Part shown: in pieces, positions 9,792-19,131 of the stretch
Position numbering within the stretch: position 1 is the stretch's first letter
Layout of the letters: each line of letters begins with the position of its first letter
Source of the DNA: an archaeon
GTDB taxonomy: Archaea; Nanobdellota; Nanobdellia; Woesearchaeales; UBA9642
Reading direction: 5' to 3'
DNA: 64,000 nucleotides
NCBI GenBank assembly: GCA_020057295.1
Contig: JAGVGF010000004.1
Span: 1-64,000 of the forward strand
The notes under the pieces: model-generated
What the model saw: only the letters and a program-made list of their open reading frames with translations
Databases searched by the model: none
What the model was told of the DNA's origin: nothing
Translations under genes and position numbers: made by a program

Positions 9792-10439
9792 ATGAATTGG
9801 AAGACCATTAAAGGTTATTTGAAAGATTTCTGGAACTTCTTATGGAATGAGGACAGCGTATGGAGTTGGATGCTTAATATTATTATAGCGTTTGTACTAA
9901 TAAAATTTCTAATATATCCAGGCATAGGATTAATGCTTGGAACAAATCTTCCCGTAGTTGCTGTAATTTCTGAAAGTATGGAACACGGCGGAGATTTTGA
10001 TAAATGGTGGGAAAGTCCAGCATTGTGTGATGATAAAAATGTTGCAAGACCATGCACTCAAGGTGACTGGTATACTCAGAACAATATTGTAAAAACACAA
10101 TTTCAAAGTTATATTATGAATAATGGTTTTAATAAAGGAGATATAATTGTACTTAAGGGAGTAACATTTGATGATTTAAAAATTGGTGACATACTAGTAT
10201 ATCAATCAAAATTATCTTATCCTGTAATACATCGTGTAGTATACAAGGGAGATGTTATAGGAACTAAAGGCGATCATAATCAGAAACAGATAATTGATGC
10301 AAGACTAAATGAAAAATATATTACTAAAGATCAAATATTAGGAAAAGCATGGATTAAGATACCTTATTTAGGTTATGTCAAGATATATTTTGTAGAGTTT
10401 ATAACATGCATAACATTCAATGGATGTACGTTCGGGTAA
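9792..10439 (+). CDS. Signal peptidase I, archaeal Sec11/S26B type
   Basis: TM segment followed by VAVISESME (Ser), GDIIV, VIHRV (His) and TKGDHN. Confidence 0.9.
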   Translation: MNWKTIKGYLKDFWNFLWNEDSVWSWMLNIIIAFVLIKFLIYPGIGLMLGTNLPVVAVISESMEHGGDFDKWWESPALCDDKNVARPCTQGDWYTQNNIVKTQFQSYIMNNGFNKGDIIVLKGVTFDDLKIGDILVYQSKLSYPVIHRVVYKGDVIGTKGDHNQKQIIDARLNEKYITKDQILGKAWIKIPYLGYVKIYFVEFITCITFNGCTFG

Positions 10440-10440
10440 A

Positions 10441-10890
10441 ATGGAACTTAAAGAATTTTTAGTGGCTGCAAAAAGAAACACTTATGCTAGCAATAATCCT
10501 ACTTCTAAAATTAAGAGAAAAGATGGCGGCAGAGAATTACGATATAAAAAAAGTGATTTTTCTTATAGAGATATTTATTTTGGATCTAATCCCTTTTCAG
10601 GACAGGAAGTTGTTTGGCATAAGAAAAAAATATTATGGTCGATGGTTTATTACGGATTTGTTTTAGATGAATCTCTTGTGAAAGAAGTTACTATTTTCTT
10701 AAAAGAATGTTTAAGAAAAGTTGATAAGAAAAATCCTTACAGAGGTCCAAAGAAATATTTACGTGGAGATTTTAAATACGAAAATTTCGTCAAAGGGACT
10801 ATAAATCATTTTTCATGTTATGAAATTATTTATTACAAAAAAAGACGAGTCTATACATTAATGTATTATGGCGGCTTGATAAAAAACTAA
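10441..10890 (+). CDS. DUF5680-like conserved protein
   Basis: FLVAAKRNTYAS, YRDIYFG, FSGQEVVW, WSMVYYG, PYRGP. Start moved to ATG 10441 to avoid overlap with the upstream gene. Confidence 0.7.
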   Translation: MELKEFLVAAKRNTYASNNPTSKIKRKDGGRELRYKKSDFSYRDIYFGSNPFSGQEVVWHKKKILWSMVYYGFVLDESLVKEVTIFLKECLRKVDKKNPYRGPKKYLRGDFKYENFVKGTINHFSCYEIIYYKKRRVYTLMYYGGLIKN

Positions 10891-10935
10891 ATTTAAAAAC
10901 TGTTTAATACTTTGAATAGCGATAGGTGGTTATTT

Positions 10936-11256
10936 ATGATGTTTTGTCCAAAATGTGGGTCGATGTTAAGACCAAAAGTTGTTCGCGATAAAAAAGTACT
11001 TGGATGTAATTGTGGATATGTTGCAGATTCAGCGCAAAGCACAGTAACATTTACACAAAAGAGGGACGATGTAAGTAAAGAGGTTGAAATTTTAGAGAAA
11101 GAGATATCTGTACATCCAATAGTTGATGAGGAATGTCCTAAATGTAAGAATCCTAAATCATATTTTTGGAGTCAACAAATGCGTGCAGGTGATGAACCTG
11201 AAACACAATTTTTTAAATGTACAAAATGCAGTCATCAGTGGAGGGGCAGTAAATGA
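10936..11256 (+). CDS. tfs: Transcription elongation factor TFS (RpoM/TFIIS-like), canonical copy
   Basis: FCPKCG...CNCG and CPKC...QMRAGDEPETQFFKCTKC two-Zn-ribbon pattern. SD AGGTGG upstream. Confidence 0.92.
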   Translation: MMFCPKCGSMLRPKVVRDKKVLGCNCGYVADSAQSTVTFTQKRDDVSKEVEILEKEISVHPIVDEECPKCKNPKSYFWSQQMRAGDEPETQFFKCTKCSHQWRGSK

Positions 11257-11498
11257 TTGATGTAAAAAAATACGTCATCAAAAATTATCTTAAAATCCTT
11301 GTAAAGCCCAATTCCCCCCAAACAGAAATTCTAGAATATGACCTTGAAAGAAAAGTTCTTCGTGTAAATGTTCATGCAAAGCCAGAAGATAATGCAGCAA
11401 ATCTTGAAGTTATTAAATTTTTTAGTAAACTATTAAAAAAACGTGTAATTATAAAATCTGGATTAAAAAATAGAGAAAAATTATTATATATAGAATAA
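11253..11498 (+). CDS. DUF167/YggU family protein
   Basis: VKPNS, AKPEDNAAN, IKSGLKNREK. Confidence 0.85.
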   Translation: MIDVKKYVIKNYLKILVKPNSPQTEILEYDLERKVLRVNVHAKPEDNAANLEVIKFFSKLLKKRVIIKSGLKNREKLLYIE

Positions 11499-11519
11499 TT
11501 TATTATTTGAGGTGTTTAG

Positions 11520-11840
11520 ATGAAATTTTGTCCAAATTGTGGTTCGATTTTAAAGGCGAAAGATGTTGATGGAACAAAATATTTGGGTTGTAGTTGTGGT
11601 TATATTGATGACAAAGGCACAAGTATTGTAACTTTCAATGATAAAAAGCACGTTCATAATGTTGAAGTTGTAGAAAAAAGTGATGCACCGCACGTAATAG
11701 TTGAAGAGGCATGTCCTAAATGTGACAATAATGAAGCAGAACATTGGACACAACAAGTAGGACCGAGTGATGAACCAGAATCAAACATCTTCAAATGTAC
11801 GAAATGTAATTATAGTTGGAGAGACACACATCATTACTAG
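11520..11840 (+). CDS. Second, divergent TFS paralog
   Basis: FCPNCG...CSCG and CPKC...QQVGPSDEPESNIFKCTKC. SD GAGGTG upstream. Confidence 0.88.
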   Translation: MKFCPNCGSILKAKDVDGTKYLGCSCGYIDDKGTSIVTFNDKKHVHNVEVVEKSDAPHVIVEEACPKCDNNEAEHWTQQVGPSDEPESNIFKCTKCNYSWRDTHHY

Positions 11841-12015
11841 AACGGATGTGTTGTTTTGATGCTGTTGTAGTCCTGATTTCTTAACAAGTATTTTACAAAA
11901 GATATTTTCTTAACATGTTTTCGTCTCATACAGGTTATAACACGATAATCTTTATATATTCCATGAATAGTTTCCTGTAAGTTTAAAATAAGTTTTAACT
12001 TTGTGGGGGATTATT

Positions 12016-13776
12016 ATGGCTGAGAAAATTATTCCAGATAAAACATTACAAACTAATGTAGGAAAACCTAATGAAGGATTGTGGGAATTCTACGGTGAAG
12101 AAAAATTAGGTATAACTGCCATTACTTATAATCAAAAAGACACTGGTGCAGTACTTGCAACAGTTCACGGCAACCCTAATATGAGAACTGCATCTCATAT
12201 AGCATGGGCTGGCGCGAGACATTCAAGAGCTCCGGGAGATACTGTTGAAATTCTTCAAGAAATGGGCCAAAAAGGAGTTGATCCAGATCAAAAATTAGAA
12301 GATACATTCAAGAACTATGGTCATGCATCTGTTGCTGACATGGCACGTGTAGCTGTACAATTCAACAACGTACCAATGCATGTTCCAATGAATTTATTCA
12401 ATGAAACAGTAATAAATAGTGGTCAAGAAAAATCTACAAGATATCAAAAACAATTTAGTGGAGCAATATTACATCCATTAGGATTATATTTACATGATCC
12501 ATCACCACAATTAGTTGCGATGTATGAATCATTAGGAAGATTATCATTAGAGACATTTGGAAGACAAAAACCAATAATAACACAAGCTTATGAAGAATTC
12601 TACAAACCTACAATTGCAGACGCAAATTCAAGTAAGGCAGAAATAGAGCAAGCAAAAAAAGAAAAATCATCTTTAGATTCAAGAGTCTTGGATACAATAA
12701 GATTTAATTTACTTCTTGGGCAATCTACAGGATTCGCATTAGAAACTAGTGCTAGAGATTGGTCGAAAATAATATCACACATGAAAGGTTCTGAAATGTC
12801 ATTCTATCAGAACTTAGGCCAACATTTAGAAACAATGCTTGCTCCAGATGCATATATCGAAGAAGGACTAGGATTTAAGGCTGAAGCTCCATCATTAATA
12901 AGACATACAAAAGCAGATACTTCATTATCCACTGATTTAAGAGAATTAAAAAAATATATGGATGCGAAAGATTTGACTAAACATTTGTTTTCTCATTCTA
13001 GTCCATTATTTGTATTTTCTTATGAACCACAAGGTGCTTCATTGCTTGATAGCCAAAGATATAGTGCTACAGAAAAAATGGTAGCGCAATACTTCTTAGC
13101 AGCACATCCAGGCGGAAAAATGGATGCAGCACTAGAATTAGCTAAGAATCTTCCACCAGACATGAGAGAAGATATATCTAGTATAATATTTATTGGACAC
13201 TCACATCAAAAAGAATTACCGCAACAATTAGCAACAACAGAAGAAACAACCATAGCATTTGAAGGAACGTTAGGAGAATTAAGAGACTTTAACAGACATA
13301 GAGCATGGGGTAGATTCTTACAACATGCACCTTTATACAATGGTCCACAAGTTGAACGAAAAGATTTCGATAGAATACTAGATTTAGGATTTGGATTACC
13401 ATTATATGTTACAGAAATAGAACAACTTTCTGAATTAGGATCAATGATGGAAAAAGATTTAGTAAATTATTATACTAAAGTTTTAGAATTTGAAAACGCA
13501 GTACACAAGGAATATGGTGATAGTGCAAATTACTATTTTATGATGAATCTTTTGCCATTAGCACATAGATCAAATATTTTAATGCATGGTAATGTTAAAC
13601 AAGCACATTACTTATCACATTTGAGAGTAAGACCTGGAGGTCATATAAACTACAGGGCACTAACACATGATGCTGCGCAAATGATAAGTGAAACAGACTT
13701 ATACTTGGCAAGATTAATGCCTGTAAGTAGTAAACCAGATCCGGCTGGTAGAGAAGAATTTTTCGGAAGATCATAA
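12016..13776 (+). CDS. thyX: Two-domain FAD-dependent thymidylate synthase (ThyX-like)
   Basis: ARHSR, YGHASVADMA and QEKSTRY in the N half; RDFNRHR, LPLA and HLRVRPGGH in the C half. About twice the length of a single-domain ThyX. Confidence 0.8.
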   Translation: MAEKIIPDKTLQTNVGKPNEGLWEFYGEEKLGITAITYNQKDTGAVLATVHGNPNMRTASHIAWAGARHSRAPGDTVEILQEMGQKGVDPDQKLEDTFKNYGHASVADMARVAVQFNNVPMHVPMNLFNETVINSGQEKSTRYQKQFSGAILHPLGLYLHDPSPQLVAMYESLGRLSLETFGRQKPIITQAYEEFYKPTIADANSSKAEIEQAKKEKSSLDSRVLDTIRFNLLLGQSTGFALETSARDWSKIISHMKGSEMSFYQNLGQHLETMLAPDAYIEEGLGFKAEAPSLIRHTKADTSLSTDLRELKKYMDAKDLTKHLFSHSSPLFVFSYEPQGASLLDSQRYSATEKMVAQYFLAAHPGGKMDAALELAKNLPPDMREDISSIIFIGHSHQKELPQQLATTEETTIAFEGTLGELRDFNRHRAWGRFLQHAPLYNGPQVERKDFDRILDLGFGLPLYVTEIEQLSELGSMMEKDLVNYYTKVLEFENAVHKEYGDSANYYFMMNLLPLAHRSNILMHGNVKQAHYLSHLRVRPGGHINYRALTHDAAQMISETDLYLARLMPVSSKPDPAGREEFFGRS

Positions 13777-13806
13777 ATAATACATAAATAATAATTTGGT
13801 GATGTT

Positions 13807-14847
13807 ATGCGTGAATATATTGATTTAGTAATTGCTGGCCCAGATTTTTCTGGTACAACGACGCAGATATCTGACTTGATGAATTATTGTTCTGGTGCAG
13901 GTTTGATTGTAAAGGATTTACGAGACACAGAAATTGATGCATTATTTCATGCAGACACATTCTCTGAGTTAAATAAACCATACACTTCTCTAAAACAGTT
14001 TCTTGATGATGCTAACTTGTCAAAGTTATCAGGAAATTCTTTCGGATCAAGAATTGTTTTTACATTAAAACAAACTTTATCAGAATTTTCGAATAGAGAC
14101 TTATCTAGAGGAACAAAAGATAAATTATTAAGACAAATGTACTCATTATTGTCTGGTCATCATCAAAATTCTGATTTAATGGTTGCATCAATGGTAAGAA
14201 ATAATTGCAGTACATATATTAATCCGTTGAGTGCTGATATGTGGGTTAATGAAGAACCAACAAGAAGAGGTGCTGGACAAGTTAATAGAACAATTGAGCA
14301 ACGTAGAAGTGCATTTGGTTCACAACTAGATGCTAATAGTGCTGCGTTAACTCATCAAGTTTATCGTATTGATGAATTTTTAAGATTCAGAAATCCTATT
14401 AGAGAAAACGGATTAATTAGTCTTAGGAGTAGATCTGAAGAGTCAGCATGTTATCAGATATATGATGCTCAAAGCTTACATAGTGGTATTAGATTAGATA
14501 AATATTTAGATTTACCTGGTCATAAAATAGCATTTGCAAATCCTCCAACACACATATTTGTAGTATGTGGTCCAGAAAATTGGGATTCTGAGGAATATAA
14601 AAAATTAAAAGCTGAACGAACAGGTTCAAGATTATTAGATGACCATGAAGCTAATTATTCATATCAATTATTGGTTAATCAAAGATATGCAAGTGATTGG
14701 CTTGAGGAATTATATCATAAGGGTTGTAGGATGTATGATTCCAGGGAACCAACCATAGTAAGATTTGATATCTATGATAGTAAGGAACAGACTAAACATA
14801 AGATGATTAGAGAATTAGAACAGATATTAATAGTGCGTGGCAGATAA
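13807..14847 (+). CDS. Divergent thymidylate-kinase-like P-loop protein
   Basis: LVIAGPDFSGTTTQI resembles Tmk GxDGxGKTTQ; EEPT and RSEESACYQ resemble Tmk REP and DR..S..AYQ. Directly downstream of thyX. Confidence 0.6.
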   Translation: MREYIDLVIAGPDFSGTTTQISDLMNYCSGAGLIVKDLRDTEIDALFHADTFSELNKPYTSLKQFLDDANLSKLSGNSFGSRIVFTLKQTLSEFSNRDLSRGTKDKLLRQMYSLLSGHHQNSDLMVASMVRNNCSTYINPLSADMWVNEEPTRRGAGQVNRTIEQRRSAFGSQLDANSAALTHQVYRIDEFLRFRNPIRENGLISLRSRSEESACYQIYDAQSLHSGIRLDKYLDLPGHKIAFANPPTHIFVVCGPENWDSEEYKKLKAERTGSRLLDDHEANYSYQLLVNQRYASDWLEELYHKGCRMYDSREPTIVRFDIYDSKEQTKHKMIRELEQILIVRGR

Positions 14848-14873
14848 ATTATTTTAATATTGTCAGGTGAACA

Positions 14874-15395
14874 ATGGCTGAAGAATTTAATTTTGAAATA
14901 ATTCCTTACATAAAGGCAGAAGATGTACAAAGAATTTCTCCAATTGCTAGAGATTCCGGATATACGCTTGCTGATTTAGATGAAATTGAAGCTCTCGGAA
15001 GAGCAACAGCATATGTTAGAACATTGCTAAATCATCATGTAACTACATCATTGCAATTAGAGGGGAAATTTAAGTCAGATATAAAGACTTTAAGAGCGAT
15101 TCTAAATATAAATCAGAATATTGCGCAACTCGTTGAAGGATTTAATGAATCTCAAAGAGGTCTTATAACTAATTCCGGTGCTCCAAGAAATATTATTTAC
15201 AACACATTAGATTTTGGAACAGTGTATAATATAAATGTGTGTGGTCACGGAAAAATATTAATGCTTGAAACTATTGCTGAAAGGGATAAGAGAATAGAGC
15301 AAAGAGCACTTGAAATATCACGATCTATTGGTTCAAGTTTGTATAAGGAATTAATTGCACGAAAAAAATATGAAGATTTATCGGAACTTCTTTAA
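14874..15395 (+). CDS. Hypothetical protein
   Basis: 173-aa ORF with SD AGGTGA, co-directional with thyX and the kinase-like gene. Confidence 0.7.
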   Translation: MAEEFNFEIIPYIKAEDVQRISPIARDSGYTLADLDEIEALGRATAYVRTLLNHHVTTSLQLEGKFKSDIKTLRAILNINQNIAQLVEGFNESQRGLITNSGAPRNIIYNTLDFGTVYNINVCGHGKILMLETIAERDKRIEQRALEISRSIGSSLYKELIARKKYEDLSELL

Positions 15396-15438
15396 AATTT
15401 CTTATTAGAATTATTTTATAAAAAAAATATTTAGAAGC

Positions 15439-15546
15439 TTATGCTTCTTTAACTTCAACTGCTTCTGGTACTACTTCTGTTTTTGCTTCAAAGAAACTTG
15501 CTAATTGTTGACTACTTGTTTTTGCCACGTAACTTATTTTTGCCAT
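15439..15546 (-). CDS. 35-aa small protein MAKISYVAKTSSQQLASFFEAKTEVVPEAVEVKEA
   Basis: Below the ORF-track cutoff. Strong SD-like GGTGTGAAAGGGGGAA before the ATG, TATA (TTTATAAA) at ~15664-15672, T-tract after the stop. Confidence 0.65.
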   Translation of the reverse strand: MAKISYVAKTSSQQLASFFEAKTEVVPEAVEVKEA

Positions 15547-15848
15547 TTTTTATTCCCCCTTTCACACCAATCAATTATTAATTGATTAGCATCACTCGAA
15601 CAACTTATTCACTTTTGTTGTTATCGTCGATGTTTTTGTTGATGATTTATTACAGGGACACTTATTTATAAAGACTGTTGTCTCTCAAAGTGTGTTTAGA
15701 AAAATAGCGAAAAGAAAGACTAGTTTGAGAATTATATGTTAGAGAACACAAAGAATCCTCCTAAAGTAACAACTCAAGCACAAAAATTTCAGTTCATTAG
15801 ATAGTAACAACCGTAGTATACTTTATGTATCTCATTTAATATTAATTT

Positions 15849-16382
15849 GTGATTAAAAGTTTTAATTACGCAAATTTTTTTAATACTGTTTTTAATAATA
15901 ATCTTTTTATACCTGAATATGATTGGATGTTTGTGGATAAAAAACTCAAGGAGTGGCTAAAAAGATATCTTCCTGCAAACATTTTTGCGACAATAATGGT
16001 TTTGATTGTTTCATGGATTATTGTTTTATTAACAAAAAATTATATTCTTGCGGCATTCATAGCATCTATTGTTGAAACTATTACATATTATAGTTTTATC
16101 TTGGTTAGAGACGTTATATATGCAAGAAAATTGTCTATAAGCAAGAATAGAAAGTACACTTTTGTATCTTTCTTAAAAAATGTTAGAAATCTCTTTTTAG
16201 AATTTGGTGTTGGGGAAGTTTTGGATACGTTTATTGTTCGTCCATTCTTTTTGTATTTTACGCCAAGACTTGTAAGAAATTATACTATAGGATTAATAAT
16301 CGGTAAATACGTTTCTGATTTGATATTTTATATACCAACAATAATATCATATGAACTACGTAAAAAACATTTGAAAGATTAA
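15849..16382 (+). CDS. Hypothetical membrane protein (start probably near 15927)
   Basis: Several hydrophobic segments; LEFGVGEVLDTFIVRP and GKYVSDLIFY look like conserved blocks. Confidence 0.7.
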   Translation: MIKSFNYANFFNTVFNNNLFIPEYDWMFVDKKLKEWLKRYLPANIFATIMVLIVSWIIVLLTKNYILAAFIASIVETITYYSFILVRDVIYARKLSISKNRKYTFVSFLKNVRNLFLEFGVGEVLDTFIVRPFFLYFTPRLVRNYTIGLIIGKYVSDLIFYIPTIISYELRKKHLKD

Positions 16383-16876
16383 ACTTTCCAATTCATTAAA
16401 TTTTCTTTCTTATGTTTTAGAATTTTTCCGTTTACTGCGTTAATCTTAACATTTATTACACTAAATGTAGTTGTTACTATAGTAATATTCCAAATTTGTC
16501 CAAATTCTGGAAGATTTTGTAATAAAAATATCGCATTGGTTAATGATTCATGAGGATAATTTTCTTTTAGTAAAGCATCACATATGTCTACAGCTTCACC
16601 TCTAGAAGTTTCAAGTTCTTCAAGTTCTAATTTTTTAATATATTCTTCTTTTTTTAATGCATCTTCAGGAGGATGTATTAAAATAAAGTCGTTGTTATGT
16701 TCGAACACAACAAGTTTATCTGTATCTTTGCTATAGTATCCAATCTGCCATACATCTTTATGCTCAGAATCTAGTAAACTAAAAACGTGAACTAAATAAT
16801 ATTCTTTATTATTTTTAATAAAGTCCTTAAATTCTTTAGATTCCTCTACTAACCCTACAACGTGTTTAAAATCCAT
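16379..16876 (-). CDS. Conserved hypothetical protein with a PepSY-like C-terminus
   Basis: WQIGYYS and WNIT...NVKINAVNGKIL. Confidence 0.7.
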   Translation of the reverse strand: MDFKHVVGLVEESKEFKDFIKNNKEYYLVHVFSLLDSEHKDVWQIGYYSKDTDKLVVFEHNNDFILIHPPEDALKKEEYIKKLELEELETSRGEAVDICDALLKENYPHESLTNAIFLLQNLPEFGQIWNITIVTTTFSVINVKINAVNGKILKHKKENLMNWKV

Positions 16877-16898
16877 AATCGAAATTAACAACAGACGT

Positions 16899-17543
16899 TT
16901 ATATATTTTGTTGTTTAGACATTAATTGTCTTAATACAGTTAAGTCTTCATCATTCAAAGGTTTTTTGTACAGTTCATTCACAAGCCATAGTCCGCTTGT
17001 TCTGATTTTATCTTTTGGGGAATAATTACCTAACCAATCCTTTGACGCCTTGCAATCCGTGCACGAAGATATTGTAGAAATAATTTTTGATTCTAGCTTC
17101 AATCTTTGATCTTTATCATCAACTCGAAAAACTATGAATGTAAAATGATCTTGTAAATATTTTGTAACTTGTCTCTCAACTTGTTTTTGTTTATTCATAT
17201 CAATTTTTTTCAAGAATTTGTCTTTATTTTCTTTAGGCGTAAGATCTATCTCCCATTGCTTAAGAAATGTGTCCTTATTTTTATTGAGTAAAGCTCTGCC
17301 AATATTTTTTCTGAATATGCTTCTATCTTTATTTTCATTCACAAAATGTTGCCATAATCTTGAGCGTAATTGATTTTTACCCGTATGTGTTCCAACACGA
17401 ACTATTCTGTTAGCACCGTGAGCTTTTTCATCTTTCTGAAATAATATATAAATACCATTCAGAGGGATGCTATCTGGATTGTATGGAAATTTATATCTAG
17501 ACATGCTGTTGGATAGTTTGTGTAATTCTTCGCAACAATTCAT
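16899..17543 (-). CDS. GIY-YIG-like nuclease domain protein
   Basis: NGIYIL...IVRVGTHTG...LRSRLWQH, SIFRKNIGRAL and LESKII resemble the GIY/YIG, Arg and Glu elements of the fold. ATGA overlap with the upstream gene. Confidence 0.55.
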   Translation of the reverse strand: MNCCEELHKLSNSMSRYKFPYNPDSIPLNGIYILFQKDEKAHGANRIVRVGTHTGKNQLRSRLWQHFVNENKDRSIFRKNIGRALLNKNKDTFLKQWEIDLTPKENKDKFLKKIDMNKQKQVERQVTKYLQDHFTFIVFRVDDKDQRLKLESKIISTISSCTDCKASKDWLGNYSPKDKIRTSGLWLVNELYKKPLNDEDLTVLRQLMSKQQNI

Positions 17544-17953
17544 TTTGTATGCGCCTTCATATATTGTAATTGTCTACCAAAACTCAATCCTTTCAACGGT
17601 ATCTCGTAATTTCTAATATGCGGTATTAAAAATTTTCTATACTTATCACCAGCAATAAATACTATATTATCTTTTTCTAAATCTATTAATTCTTCTAGTC
17701 TACTAACAACATTCTTTGCCCATTCTTTAGACGCACTAACAGACATATTATTTAATGTCATTTCATATGGTTCTATTCTTTGATCTAATTCCACAACACC
17801 ATATTTCGCAGAAAGAACGTATATCGCATCAGGATTTAATGAACGTGCATATGCTAGACTGAACTTAAACAATTGGCTAGTATACAATTCTTTAGCAGGA
17901 GCTGCATGCTTAAGCTTTGTTTTTACACATGAAATTAAAACAATTTTACGCAT
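17540..17953 (-). CDS. DUF6884-like protein
   Basis: IVLISCVKTK, PAKELYTSQLF, YVLSAKYG, IEPYEMTL, IAGDKY, PLKGLSFGRQL. Confidence 0.75.
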   Translation of the reverse strand: MRKIVLISCVKTKLKHAAPAKELYTSQLFKFSLAYARSLNPDAIYVLSAKYGVVELDQRIEPYEMTLNNMSVSASKEWAKNVVSRLEELIDLEKDNIVFIAGDKYRKFLIPHIRNYEIPLKGLSFGRQLQYMKAHTK

Positions 17954-17984
17954 GACTTTATTAGTAAATAACAGTATATATAGT

Positions 17985-18425
17985 TTATGCCTTATTTAAT
18001 AGTCTAATCAAGAAATTTTTATCTTTGTTTTCTCCGTAATATCTGTAATATTTTGGTTTCTTATTGATTTTCCAGGTTATACGTTCAATAATAATCTTGT
18101 AATCTTCTTCTTTTGGTATCCAATCATTATGCAAATTTTTAGGATATTTATTGATATTAATTGTCTTATTAGGATTAAAACCGCGTTTTTTCATCTCTTT
18201 TTTTAAAAGTTCATGACGCTTTTTTAAATAAATTATTTTATCCTTAAAAAATTTTATATGCCCATTATTTAGGGTATATCTGGTTGGTATTTCAGATTTT
18301 CCTTTAATGAGTTTAATTTCCGGATAACGTTTGATATATCCTAGTAACATCAGTATTTCATTATATTCTGCTATCAGGTGTTGATCTGCCAGGCATTTAG
18401 GATTTAATAAATTTACACGAACCAT
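17985..18425 (-). CDS. Pyrimidine dimer DNA glycosylase (T4 endonuclease V/DenV family)
   Basis: MVRVNL...LADQHLIAEYNEI, YTLNNGHIKFF, EMKKRGF. Confidence 0.88.
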   Translation of the reverse strand: MVRVNLLNPKCLADQHLIAEYNEILMLLGYIKRYPEIKLIKGKSEIPTRYTLNNGHIKFFKDKIIYLKKRHELLKKEMKKRGFNPNKTININKYPKNLHNDWIPKEEDYKIIIERITWKINKKPKYYRYYGENKDKNFLIRLLNKA

Positions 18426-18440
18426 AAACTTACCTCGAAA

Positions 18441-19058
18441 TTATAAATCAATAATCATTCCATCCCATCCAGGATTAATCAATCTAGAATTATTTATTTT
18501 ATCGCTCATTCCAGCACTTTCATGAATGTGGCCAGACATTGCAATTATTGGTTGATGTTTAATTATAAAATCTGTAATGCTTTGATTGCCAACATGACTA
18601 AAACCATCTCCTAGGTCATCAAGGTTTGTTCCAAATGGTGGAGCGTGAGTAATTAAAACTAAACGGTAATGCTTGTGATTCTCATTAGATAATTTTTTTA
18701 AATCTTCTAAAAATAAATTCATTGAATGTGTGAATGATTCATCTCTAACACTAAATCCTCCACCACCATAACCATAGAATACTAAATCATTAACAATATA
18801 ATAATTTTTATGAATGAAATGCAAATTTTTCAAGTTAGAGCATTCCATCATCAAACCTGTTGCAGTTTCGTGATTACCATGAATAATTAACACAGGTTTG
18901 CCTACATTATTTATCTTTCGAAGTATCTTATTCATGTCATTCTCAAATATGGTTATGTCTCCGCCACAAACTATAAGGTCAACATCTTTAGCTCTATCTA
19001 GGACTTTCTTTAACCATGACTCATTACCGTGAGTATCAATAAAAAATAAGACTTTCAT
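18441..19058 (-). CDS. Calcineurin-like metallophosphoesterase
   Basis: DTHG, GGD, GNHE, THAPP, GHIHE, NPG. Confidence 0.9.
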   Translation of the reverse strand: MKVLFFIDTHGNESWLKKVLDRAKDVDLIVCGGDITIFENDMNKILRKINNVGKPVLIIHGNHETATGLMMECSNLKNLHFIHKNYYIVNDLVFYGYGGGGFSVRDESFTHSMNLFLEDLKKLSNENHKHYRLVLITHAPPFGTNLDDLGDGFSHVGNQSITDFIIKHQPIIAMSGHIHESAGMSDKINNSRLINPGWDGMIIDL

Positions 19059-19131
19059 AACAATAAGAACGTTAGGGAATTTTTAAATGTTTTTAACACA
19101 AAAAATATAAACATACAAATAAGTCCATATT

